Source of the DNA: a virus
Lineage: Duplodnaviria; Caudoviricetes
Virus record (IMG/VR): IMGVR_UViG_3300033068_001747
DNA length: 64,000 nucleotides
Reading direction: 5' to 3' (one strand)
How positions within the stretch are numbered: position 1 is the first letter of the stretch; the number at the start of each line of letters is the position of its first letter. The position numbers and the translations under genes were made by a program. The notes beneath the pieces are model-generated. The model ran no database searches. It was not told the DNA's origin and worked only from the letters and a program-made list of their open reading frames with translations. Below, piece by piece: positions 29,530 through 38,587 of this stretch.

Positions 29530-30873
29530 CTATTTAAACTTCTTTTTTAATTCACTTAAATCTAATAGATACATATCCTTTGGATCAGTATCTTCTAATA
29601 TTTTAATTTCTTCTTTTTTAGCAGTGAAGTCTTGCTTCATTTTTTCAAATAATTCTTTTGTTAAAGAATAAATTGGCATTCTTAATAAATAATCAAATGA
29701 GTCATCTATTTTTTCTAACCCTAAATTTTCAATACCAACAACAATTTCTGTTTTAGATACATTATTTATCTTTAACTTCTCATCAAGAATCGCTTTAATA
29801 AATCTACCTCTATTACTTAGTATCTTTAAGTCTTTATTAAGTTTATCTAATGTATGTTGCTTTCTCACATTGTAATAAGCTAGTCTAAACTTAGTAAAAT
29901 ATTCAATAATCTCTTCGGATGTTTCAAATATCTTCAATTTACCATACTCATCAAGTGTTGTAAATATCTCAGTTGATGATTCTTCTAGTTTTAAAAGCTT
30001 TATTAAAGCAGTATCATCTAAACTTTCTAACGAAGCTCTATTAAACTTTATTGTATAGTCAACATTATCTTTACAATTATCATCATAAGAAACAATATCC
30101 TTATTATCAACTAGTTTATCCAATATTTCTTCATACTTTTCATATGTCATAGAAGGTGGTAATTCACTTATCTTAACAGTTGAAGTATTTACTTTTTGAA
30201 ATCTACCTCTTATAATCCATCTTTTAGGATTTTCTTTATCTTGTATGAATTCACCTGTAAACTCATTTAGAGAAGGTTTAATACTAGATAATTTTTTTCC
30301 CTCAATAACTCTCACACAACTATCAATAATGCTTTTAATGTCTCTATTTAACACATTAGAAGCAAATCCAACCGCAATTCCTGAGGAACCATTTAATAAT
30401 ACCGTTGGAATAATTGGTAAAAAGTATTTTGGTTCTATTGATTCACCTTCTTCTTCCTTATAATCAAGTAAGTCAAAATCTTTGTAAATCAATCTAAAGT
30501 TCTCACTTAATTTTGTCCCAATATATCTTGCCGCACCAGGTTGTGGAGAACGCAATGAACCAAATTGTCCGTCTTCTTCTAAAAGTGGTGCATTATTCTT
30601 AAATTTTTGTGCCATTGTAACAATAGCATTTTCTAATGAAGTATTACCGTGATGATAAAAAGCATCAGATGCAACTTTACCCGCTAACTGGAATACTTTT
30701 ATATTTTTCTCAGTACCATTTCTCCAAATTTGATTAGAGATATGAATGATTTTTCTCTGTGTTGGTTTGAATCCATCAACAACAGATGGTATTGCTCTTC
30801 CTTCAATTGAGTACATTGCGAACTCTTTATACTCATTTGATAAGAAATCGGAAATCGTTTTTTCTGTCATCAT
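29530..30873 (-). CDS. Type IIA topoisomerase subunit A (T4 gp52-like)
   Basis: RAIPSVVDGFKPTQRK, YHHG, GQFG, AARY (catalytic Tyr), NGSSGIAVGF; start re-assigned to 30873. Confidence 0.93.
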   Translation of the reverse strand: MMTEKTISDFLSNEYKEFAMYSIEGRAIPSVVDGFKPTQRKIIHISNQIWRNGTEKNIKVFQLAGKVASDAFYHHGNTSLENAIVTMAQKFKNNAPLLEEDGQFGSLRSPQPGAARYIGTKLSENFRLIYKDFDLLDYKEEEGESIEPKYFLPIIPTVLLNGSSGIAVGFASNVLNRDIKSIIDSCVRVIEGKKLSSIKPSLNEFTGEFIQDKENPKRWIIRGRFQKVNTSTVKISELPPSMTYEKYEEILDKLVDNKDIVSYDDNCKDNVDYTIKFNRASLESLDDTALIKLLKLEESSTEIFTTLDEYGKLKIFETSEEIIEYFTKFRLAYYNVRKQHTLDKLNKDLKILSNRGRFIKAILDEKLKINNVSKTEIVVGIENLGLEKIDDSFDYLLRMPIYSLTKELFEKMKQDFTAKKEEIKILEDTDPKDMYLLDLSELKKKFK

Positions 30874-30914
30874 AATTTTATATATAGTAAAAAATAATCT
30901 TTGTTTTTTCCACA

Positions 30915-31586
30915 ATGAATAAACTTAAAAAATATAATGACTTTCTAATCTTAGAAAAATATGATAAAAACATCACAAACTATCTAAAAAGTATTGGTGT
31001 AACAGATAAAGAAGAACTTAAAAAACAAGTTTCTTTATCTAAACAAGGTCACTTAGGTACTTACCTACACTCTAAAGGTGATAAATTTACTTTTGGTATA
31101 CTTAAAGCTATCTTTAAAGATGCAATAGATGCAAAAAAGAAAACCGCATTAAAGAAAAATATCTTTAATTTATTACCTGTTGCAATTCCTTTATCGTTAG
31201 CACCATATTTCCCTATTTTAGCACTTGTTGGTACAGTATTTGGTTCATCTAGATTTGTACATAAGATATTTGATACAATATTTGATTATTTAGAACCACA
31301 ATCTAAATATGTAGATTTCCTAAAGAAAACTATCGATACTTATATGATGTTACCAGAAGGTAATGTCCCTTTAAAAGATAGATTCTCTAGAGCATTTGTA
31401 GTATCAGATAGATTGATTGAAGCACTTAAACCTGAAGTAGTAAATTCATTTACAACTTTTATAAGTGAGAAGATGGATAAAGAGGATGATGATAAACTAG
31501 TACCCGATCACTATATTGAAAACGAACTAAAGATGTATCTTAATGATAACTTTGATATAGATCCGGAAATACCTTTAAAGAAATAG
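30915..31586 (+). CDS. Tagged hypothetical membrane protein
   Basis: MNKLKKYNDFLILE; central hydrophobic hairpin. Confidence 0.7.
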   Translation: MNKLKKYNDFLILEKYDKNITNYLKSIGVTDKEELKKQVSLSKQGHLGTYLHSKGDKFTFGILKAIFKDAIDAKKKTALKKNIFNLLPVAIPLSLAPYFPILALVGTVFGSSRFVHKIFDTIFDYLEPQSKYVDFLKKTIDTYMMLPEGNVPLKDRFSRAFVVSDRLIEALKPEVVNSFTTFISEKMDKEDDDKLVPDHYIENELKMYLNDNFDIDPEIPLKK

Positions 31587-31595
31587 AAATAAATT

Positions 31596-31766
31596 ATGGA
31601 ATTATTATTAAAAAAACTAGGAATTGAAAAAGTCAAAGTTATAGATAATAGTTTTGACGAAATCTACGAGAAATATACCCAGAAAGCAAAAGAGCAAGGG
31701 TTTTATGGCGAACTTAAATTCATTAAAGAACACTCAAAGGTTATGATCTACGTAGTTGTTAGTTAG
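31596..31766 (+). CDS. Small hypothetical protein (56 aa)
   Basis: MELLLKKLGI...YVVVS, read directly from the sequence. Confidence 0.5.
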   Translation: MELLLKKLGIEKVKVIDNSFDEIYEKYTQKAKEQGFYGELKFIKEHSKVMIYVVVS

Positions 31767-31914
31767 ATTTTTTAACACATAAAATAAAAATACCTGTTAA
31801 AAATATTATAAACGAACTAAATACAGTAAGCTGTACTTCCTCAAAATAATTCATATCAACCAATACACCTATTAGTAAAGAAACCACCATTAAAATATAA
31901 CCAAATACCTTCAT
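31759..31914 (-). CDS. Small two-TM membrane protein (51 aa)
   Basis: MKVFGYILMVVSLLIGVLV...VFSSFIIFLTGIFILCVKK; TTAATATATA at 31920-29. Confidence 0.55.
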   Translation of the reverse strand: MKVFGYILMVVSLLIGVLVDMNYFEEVQLTVFSSFIIFLTGIFILCVKKSN

Positions 31915-31966
31915 ACTTTTATATATTAAGTTTAATATATAACTAAGTTAAAAAAATATTAAACCA

Positions 31967-32551
31967 ATGAAGAAACTATTATCATTTTTTTTATTTATGA
32001 CAACAATAATTAGTTATTGTCAAGTTGTTAGAGATAGTGTATTAGTTAAAACTGACATTTTTGAGGTAAGTTACTCAGAAAAATTTGAACAACCATTGAG
32101 AGTTAAGTATCGTGTACTTTGCCAAGACGGTAAAGCATCAAGACAAGGTATGGACTTCTATACAGAAAAAGATTATATAACTTCAGATGAAAAAGATTAT
32201 GAAAATAATATTTATGACAAAGGACATTGTGCACCTGCAGCTGATTTCAATTGTGATAAAATAATGTTATTAAAAACATTTACTTACTTAAATTGTGCAC
32301 TACAAGATCAATTTTTAAACAGAGGAACTTGGAGATTACTAGAAGTACACGAAAGAGAGTTAGCAAAAAAATTCATAGTAGATGTTGAAATAAAACTTAT
32401 ATTCTCGGATAAATCAATTAAGTTACCAACTGGTGCAACCGTACCAGATGCGTTTATTAAAACCATAAAGTATGATGGTAAGGTTGAAAAGTATTACTTT
32501 ATCAACGAAAAACCAAAATCTAATAACTATACCCTTTACTTAGTAAAATAA
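31967..32551 (+). CDS. Exported DNA/RNA non-specific endonuclease (NucA/Serratia type)
   Basis: Signal peptide; YDKGHCAPAADF, TFTYLNCALQ...LNRGTW..LE, VPDAF.K. Confidence 0.9.
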   Translation: MKKLLSFFLFMTTIISYCQVVRDSVLVKTDIFEVSYSEKFEQPLRVKYRVLCQDGKASRQGMDFYTEKDYITSDEKDYENNIYDKGHCAPAADFNCDKIMLLKTFTYLNCALQDQFLNRGTWRLLEVHERELAKKFIVDVEIKLIFSDKSIKLPTGATVPDAFIKTIKYDGKVEKYYFINEKPKSNNYTLYLVK

Positions 32552-32580
32552 AAAGAGACTCAATTGAGTCTCTTTTTTTT
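32550..32580. terminator. Bidirectional intrinsic terminator
   Basis: aaaaagagactc-aatt-gagtctctttttttt. Confidence 0.8.
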
Positions 32581-33811
32581 ATTCAAATTCAGATTGTAAT
32601 ATCTTAACTACTTCTCTTATTGTTTCTTCTTCTAAATCAGTTTGTTTAACAATTAAATTAAAGTCTGCTTTTAAAACACTTTTTGCAGTATCATAACCAA
32701 CTTTTTTAAATTCATCAATAATCCAACCATCAATTTCATCGGAGAAATCTTCTAGTAAAACATCTTCATTGTGTTCAACATCAGAAAAGACATTTATTTT
32801 ATAACCAGTTAGTTTGCTTGCCAATTTAATGTTTAAACCACCTTTACCAATAGCCAAAGAAATTCCTTCAGAAGGAACTACAACATTTGCAGTTTTTTTC
32901 TCTTCGTTTATCTCTGCATTTGGTTTACTTTGTCCTAATGCTCTCATTATATACAATGATTTATTAGTAGTATAAGTGATAACATCAATATTCTCATTAT
33001 TAAGTTCTCTTACAATAGAGTGAATTCTACTTCCCTTAACACCTACACAAGTACCAACAGGATCAATTCTATCATCATAAGACTCAACAGCAACTTTTGC
33101 TTTATATCCAGGTTCTCTAACAACTGCTTTAACAGTAATTAAACCATCGAATACCTCAGGTATTTCAAGTTCAAATAATTTCTCTAAAAATTTATTTGAT
33201 GTTCTTGATAAAGTCATATAAAGTTTACCATTTTCAATAGAAACATTTTGTAAGATTGCTCTAATTGAATCTCCTTTTCTAAAGAAGTCACCAGGTATCT
33301 GTTCTGTTTTAGGTAAAACAAATTCATTACCTTCATCATCTGTTACGATAACTTCTTTTCTTAAAATTTGGTAAACTTCACAAGTGAAAATCTCACCTTC
33401 TCTATCTTTATATTTTTTGTATAAGTTTTCTTTACCTAAATCCAAAATTTTAGATTTAAGTACTTGACGAATTGATGAAATTGAACGTCTACCAAAATCA
33501 CCAATTTTAATTTCATCAGCAAATTCTTCACCAACTTCAAAACCAGATTCAATTTTATTTACATCAGTAAATCTAATATGAATATTCTCATCAAATTCAT
33601 CATAACTGTCTTCAACTACAAGTCTATTTCTCCAAATTTCTAAATCTCCTTTATTAGGGTTCACAATAATATCAAAGTTTTCAGATGAACCATATTTTTT
33701 AACAATAATAGTTTTAAAAACTTCTTGCATTACTTTAATCATTGACTCTTTGTCAATACTTTTTACGTCTTTTAACTCAGAAAAAGACTCTATTAGATTT
33801 ATATTATCCAT
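32579..33811 (-). CDS. nusA: Transcription termination/antitermination factor NusA (Bacteroidetes type)
   Basis: FGRR, S1 domain, REPGYKAKVAV, DPVGTCVGVKGSRI, AIGKGGLNIKLA; C-terminal DTAKSVL...TDLEEETI. Confidence 0.95.
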   Translation of the reverse strand: MDNINLIESFSELKDVKSIDKESMIKVMQEVFKTIIVKKYGSSENFDIIVNPNKGDLEIWRNRLVVEDSYDEFDENIHIRFTDVNKIESGFEVGEEFADEIKIGDFGRRSISSIRQVLKSKILDLGKENLYKKYKDREGEIFTCEVYQILRKEVIVTDDEGNEFVLPKTEQIPGDFFRKGDSIRAILQNVSIENGKLYMTLSRTSNKFLEKLFELEIPEVFDGLITVKAVVREPGYKAKVAVESYDDRIDPVGTCVGVKGSRIHSIVRELNNENIDVITYTTNKSLYIMRALGQSKPNAEINEEKKTANVVVPSEGISLAIGKGGLNIKLASKLTGYKINVFSDVEHNEDVLLEDFSDEIDGWIIDEFKKVGYDTAKSVLKADFNLIVKQTDLEEETIREVVKILQSEFE

Positions 33812-33878
33812 AGTATTTATATTATATTTTTATTTGTATTCAAATAATACAATTATGTTTAAAATAAAAAAAGATGTA

Positions 33879-34700
33879 CTAAACATCTTTTTCTTCTTTT
33901 TTTCTCTTCCACAACAACCAAAGCCACTGAAAAAGAGGGATAAAAATCACACCCATAAACCACTCCCAGTTGCCGAGCATAAAGTCTTTGACACTGGAAC
34001 CCAGGTTAGACTTGACTTTTATCTTTCGTTCAAAGACGGTAATATCTTTAAAATAATCATTACCATCTTCTTTTATTCTAATTTTTACATTAAGTTTTAA
34101 ATTATTTTCACCTCCTTGTAAAGGACTTACACTCCAAGCCCATTCCGTATATCCTTCATCATCTATATTTTGAATATCCGTTGATAATGGAGTTATTTCA
34201 AAATCTTTTTTACTTGATAATAAACTAGCCGACATTATTGGCGAAACCGTTATTGACTCTACTTTAACAGAATCTAAATTATCAGATATAGGAATCTCTC
34301 TATCACCTACTAATAAAACTGTTTTATCATTTTGTTTTGTTATTCTAACTTTTACAGAGTATTCTTGACCAACTTCCATTTCACTTGGAACTGAATAAGC
34401 AATTAAACCCTTTGGTCTGACTTCTTTAACCGGTTCAGATTTAGTAATTTGTTTAGTTTGTTTCTTTTTATCTGAAACTTTCCTAGTTTCATTTTTTTGT
34501 GGTATAAAATCAGGTTGAACTAATTTAGCTTCACTGACAATAATTTCATCTTTAGAAACCACATAATTAAGACTATCTTCGACAGTACTTTCATCAACAA
34601 CTTTTACTACAGGTGGTTCAGATTTTGGGTTTTCACTAGTTACATTTGTAGATTTACAAGAAAATAGTATAAATAAAAAAAGAAAGAATATATATCTCAT
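33879..34700 (-). CDS. Lipoprotein with a beta-rich domain and C-terminal TM helix
   Basis: Lipobox ILFSC; C-terminal WEWFMGVIFIPLFQWLWLLWKRKK. Confidence 0.7.
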   Translation of the reverse strand: MRYIFFLFLFILFSCKSTNVTSENPKSEPPVVKVVDESTVEDSLNYVVSKDEIIVSEAKLVQPDFIPQKNETRKVSDKKKQTKQITKSEPVKEVRPKGLIAYSVPSEMEVGQEYSVKVRITKQNDKTVLLVGDREIPISDNLDSVKVESITVSPIMSASLLSSKKDFEITPLSTDIQNIDDEGYTEWAWSVSPLQGGENNLKLNVKIRIKEDGNDYFKDITVFERKIKVKSNLGSSVKDFMLGNWEWFMGVIFIPLFQWLWLLWKRKKEEKDV

Positions 34701-34726
34701 AATCTATATATTCTTTCTTATATCTT

Positions 34727-35149
34727 CTATTTTAGAACTTCACTAATTTTATAATCTCTAAAACTCTGAACATCAATGTCTGTAGGTTTTACTTCGTAAA
34801 ATGTTAAAGAAATCATTTTCATATACTTTTCAGTTTCTTCTTCATTTGCATCTGGATGTAGAATGTTTTCAGTATCACCCCAACCACTTTTTTTAATAGG
34901 TCCATACTTTTCAACTAAAGACTCATTAAACTTCTCATACTCTTCAATATCAACATTTAATATGTCTTCTAAATCATATGAATAATAACTAAGTGAACTT
35001 GTTTTAAACTCCTGTTTATTCAACTCCTTTACCTTTGCTTCTGCATCTTCTTTTGAGAAACAAATCAATTCTGGATTTCCTCCTTCTGATTCTGAATAGA
35101 TATTATCATCATATTCATACCCTTTTTTTACAATTACGTGTGCTTTCAT
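34727..35149 (-). CDS. Hypothetical protein with C-terminal RD-motif
   Basis: Ends FRDYKISEVLK. Confidence 0.65.
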   Translation of the reverse strand: MKAHVIVKKGYEYDDNIYSESEGGNPELICFSKEDAEAKVKELNKQEFKTSSLSYYSYDLEDILNVDIEEYEKFNESLVEKYGPIKKSGWGDTENILHPDANEEETEKYMKMISLTFYEVKPTDIDVQSFRDYKISEVLK

Positions 35150-35152
35150 ATT

Positions 35153-35653
35153 TTATTTTAATAAATCGTTAATTTTTTTATCTCTAATGTATTGTGTTTT
35201 TAAATCTGCTAATGACATATCCCAGTCATTTTTAATGTCATTTATTCTTGATAAATTTAAGAATTGTTCTTGATAGTTTTTCAAATCCAAACTCTGAGTG
35301 TCCTCTTTATATAATCGATAAACATAATCAAAATCTTTCTCATTATAGTAATTACCATCAATAATAAATATAATTGGTAAGTCTGTTACTTCACGAATTG
35401 AACTTAATAAATATTTTATATGACCATCAGGAACTACTGTTAGTAATAAATCAACTCTAAATAAAAAGTTTGGCAATATTTCAGATATATCTGTTGATGT
35501 GATGGCAATTTTTGAGCATTTAACATGAATATTACTATTTACACCATCTAGAAATAAACAATTATGACCCATAAGATCATAATAATCTATTAGTTTACTA
35601 ACTACATAATTATTTTCATTTAGAAATAAATTTACTTTACCAATGTCTAACAT
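35153..35653 (-). CDS. Hypothetical protein with C-terminal RD-motif
   Basis: Ends IRDKKINDLLK. Confidence 0.65.
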   Translation of the reverse strand: MLDIGKVNLFLNENNYVVSKLIDYYDLMGHNCLFLDGVNSNIHVKCSKIAITSTDISEILPNFLFRVDLLLTVVPDGHIKYLLSSIREVTDLPIIFIIDGNYYNEKDFDYVYRLYKEDTQSLDLKNYQEQFLNLSRINDIKNDWDMSLADLKTQYIRDKKINDLLK

Positions 35654-35654
35654 T

Positions 35655-36257
35655 TTAATACTTTTGAACTATTTCCTTATATGACATAAAAATGAATAAG
35701 GCAGAAAATAATGCCATAATTATACTAGATGTCATAAGTGATACTATTAAAAGTAATGAACTTGCAACAATAGAAATATATCCATTGATTTTTCTACCTA
35801 AAGAAGGTTTAGTCAACCATTGACAAATTGCCTTACAAATTCGACCACCATCCATTGGGTAAATAGGTAAGATGTTAAAGATAAATAAAAACATATTTAT
35901 TTGTGCAAATACATCTAACCCTAAATAATGCCCTATAAGATAAAGTGCTAAGTTCGATAAAGGACCTGCAGCAACAATTAAAATTGTCTGATTATAAGGA
36001 GAATAAGTAGTATCAATTGCAGCGGCACCATTTAGTAAGTCTAAATAAACATGCTCTACATAATGATTAAATTTCTTAGCAACTGCGGTATGTGCTAATT
36101 CGTGTACCAAAACTGCGGCAAAAATAGATAAAAAGTAATCTAATGCAGTAGTAAGATTACCAAATTGTAGTAAGAATAAAGGAAGTAAAATAAAGAACCA
36201 ATACTTTAAGTAAACAGGGGTTCCCATAAAATCAAATAATTTGAACGAGTTTTTCAT
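35655..36257 (-). CDS. Site-2 protease (peptidase M50)
   Basis: HELAH, AAGPLSN, FNILPIYPMDGGRI; start re-assigned to 36257 behind TATCTTTG (36279-86). Confidence 0.88.
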   Translation of the reverse strand: MKNSFKLFDFMGTPVYLKYWFFILLPLFLLQFGNLTTALDYFLSIFAAVLVHELAHTAVAKKFNHYVEHVYLDLLNGAAAIDTTYSPYNQTILIVAAGPLSNLALYLIGHYLGLDVFAQINMFLFIFNILPIYPMDGGRICKAICQWLTKPSLGRKINGYISIVASSLLLIVSLMTSSIIMALFSALFIFMSYKEIVQKY

Positions 36258-36374
36258 ATATATTTTTAGTTTAAAAAGCAAAGATATGGAAAAGTAAATG
36301 ATATTAAAAAATTATTTTAAATAAACTTTTATACACTTTATTTATATCAACTTAATAACTTTTAAATTAAAATT

Positions 36375-37112
36375 ATGGATTTTGGAAAAGATTTTAGAAA
36401 ATATGCTTTAAGTGAGGGTATTTCTTCTATGAATTTACATTACTTTGAAAAAGGATTAGTAGAGAATAGTATGACACCATACATTCTTGAAGAAAGAGAA
36501 ATGAGGGTAACGCAGATGGATATTTTTAGTAGACTTATGCGAGATCGTATCCTATGGGTTGCTGGTGTTGTAAACACACAAATGTCAACTGTAGTTCAAG
36601 CTCAATTGATGTATTTAGATTCAGTTGAAAATAAAGACATCACAATGCACGTTGATTCACCAGGTGGTTCAGTATTAGCTGGATTAGGTATGGTTGATGT
36701 TATGAGATATATCAACTCCGATGTTGCAACAATCAATACTGGTATGGCCGCATCAATGGGTTCTATTCTTTTATCATCAGGAACTAAAGGGAAACGTTCT
36801 TCTTTGAACTTCTCTAAAGTAATGATTCACCAAGTTTCTTCAGGTGCATCAGGACACGTTGAAGATAATCGTATTTCTCAAATGGAATCAGAAAAATACA
36901 ACTACGTTCTTTTCAAAATGTTAGCTGAAAATAGTGGTAGACCTTTTGATGAAGTTTTAGAAAGTGCTAGAAGAGATAAATGGTTAAACTCACAAGAAGC
37001 TTTAGACTTTGGATTTATTGACGAAATTATCATCACTGATAAAGCAACACCAATTTCAACTTATCTTGAAGGCTTTGATGATTACTACACAAAAGAAATC
37101 TTAAAGAAATAA
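36375..37112 (+). CDS. clpP: ATP-dependent Clp protease proteolytic subunit
   Basis: DIFSRLMRDRI, DSPGGSV, AASMG (Ser), MIHQ (His), RDKW; Bacteroidetes-like N-terminus. Confidence 0.95.
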   Translation: MDFGKDFRKYALSEGISSMNLHYFEKGLVENSMTPYILEEREMRVTQMDIFSRLMRDRILWVAGVVNTQMSTVVQAQLMYLDSVENKDITMHVDSPGGSVLAGLGMVDVMRYINSDVATINTGMAASMGSILLSSGTKGKRSSLNFSKVMIHQVSSGASGHVEDNRISQMESEKYNYVLFKMLAENSGRPFDEVLESARRDKWLNSQEALDFGFIDEIIITDKATPISTYLEGFDDYYTKEILKK

Positions 37113-37115
37113 ATT

Positions 37116-37141
37116 AAAACCCACTGAAAAGTGGGTTTTTT
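37116..37141. terminator. Bidirectional intrinsic terminator
   Basis: aaaacccact-gaaa-agtgggtttttt. Confidence 0.8.
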
Positions 37142-37142
37142 A

Positions 37143-38534
37143 TTATGAACATTCTGGACAATCAACTTGACCACCATCACATACATCACAAAAGACTGAA
37201 CCACCACCGTGACATACAGGACAAGGCTCACTACTAGCATCCCCACCAGAACCATCACAATTAGGACAATCAATTTCCGAAGCCCCATTACATTCTGGAC
37301 AATCAACTTGACCTTCACCTGAACACACAGGACAAGGTTCATCATCATCATAAGGACCACCATCAGTATCAGTTAGTTCAATATAACCACTAAAAGTACG
37401 ATTAGATATAACACCAGTTTTTGGATTATAATACTTCATAGTATCCATATAAGGATAAGGACTATATTCACCTTTCTTTAAAGTAATAACTACCTCTGAT
37501 TCTCCATGATCTAATTCTACACCGTCTTGAACCAATGGGGTTGTTGAACTGTAATTCTGAGATTCTTTATGATAATATCCTTTAGAATCACAATACTCTA
37601 TAAATAAAAGTATATCTGGTGTTCTAATTATATAAATTCTATCCATAATACGTCTACCTTCATCATCTAACCAAAGAATTGCTCTACCAGCAATCTTTGA
37701 AGAATCTTCTTCACTCAATAAAATTACCATTGATACTCTTTCTGGATTATTGACATAAATATCAAAGAAATCTTGACATCTATCATAACGCATACAAGAT
37801 CCGCCTAAAGATCCAGACTCTGCCTCATAATTATCTACCAAATAACAATGTTTTATATCCTCTCCTTTAATTTCTTTAAATCTTGAGAAGACATCAGTTT
37901 CCATTTGTAAAACCTTCTTATATTGATCAACAAATTTTTCAATTTCTACATCAGTAAACTTTTCACCTAATTTTGTTAGAAATGCTCTAATAAATCTTCC
38001 AACATTCACATCAGTATTTCTTATTGATGCGAAATCTTTAACCAAATTACTCTTAGGTGTAATACAATCAAAAGTATTTGAACCTGAACCAAATTGGAAA
38101 ACAACCATTGTTTCCCCATTATTATACATATACTCCCAAACACCACTAGGAGATATTTCAGATAGTTCTTCTAAAGTAAAAATTTTTGTAATCTTACCTC
38201 TTTCCCCATTTCTAGGTTCTCCAAAATTGTGTATAAATCCTCTTGCTGCCTTGGATAAGTTATCATAAATAGCACCCTTACTCAAAACCTTATATTCTAC
38301 TTTATCAATCTTATCTTGTGGTTTAAAAAACACACTGTCAATTTTATCTTTATTTACATCAATATAGTTTCTATCAATGTCTTTATCTTCACCTCTAAGT
38401 GAAATAAGTTTATTTGCAATAGGAGAATCTATTTTATTTAAGACTTCCATAAAATTAGTAGTAAATACAATTTTAGCTTCTAAAATCAATTCTAATTTAC
38501 TTTCTGTTATATAATCATAGTAGTTTGTAATCAT
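37143..38534 (-). CDS. Paralog family B: conserved SCM/GRAILW/MDRIY/PYMDT domain plus 6 CxxC DnaJ-type Zn motifs
   Basis: GSCMRY, GRAILW, MDRIY, YPYMDTMKYY; CxxCxGxG repeats. Confidence 0.75.
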   Translation of the reverse strand: MITNYYDYITESKLELILEAKIVFTTNFMEVLNKIDSPIANKLISLRGEDKDIDRNYIDVNKDKIDSVFFKPQDKIDKVEYKVLSKGAIYDNLSKAARGFIHNFGEPRNGERGKITKIFTLEELSEISPSGVWEYMYNNGETMVVFQFGSGSNTFDCITPKSNLVKDFASIRNTDVNVGRFIRAFLTKLGEKFTDVEIEKFVDQYKKVLQMETDVFSRFKEIKGEDIKHCYLVDNYEAESGSLGGSCMRYDRCQDFFDIYVNNPERVSMVILLSEEDSSKIAGRAILWLDDEGRRIMDRIYIIRTPDILLFIEYCDSKGYYHKESQNYSSTTPLVQDGVELDHGESEVVITLKKGEYSPYPYMDTMKYYNPKTGVISNRTFSGYIELTDTDGGPYDDDEPCPVCSGEGQVDCPECNGASEIDCPNCDGSGGDASSEPCPVCHGGGSVFCDVCDGGQVDCPECS

Positions 38535-38560
38535 TACTTATATATTAAATTAGTATCATG

Positions 38561-38587
38561 AAAAAATCCCTCATTTGAGGGATTTTA
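38561..38587. terminator. Intrinsic terminator
   Basis: aaaaaatccctc-attt-gagggatttt. Confidence 0.7.
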
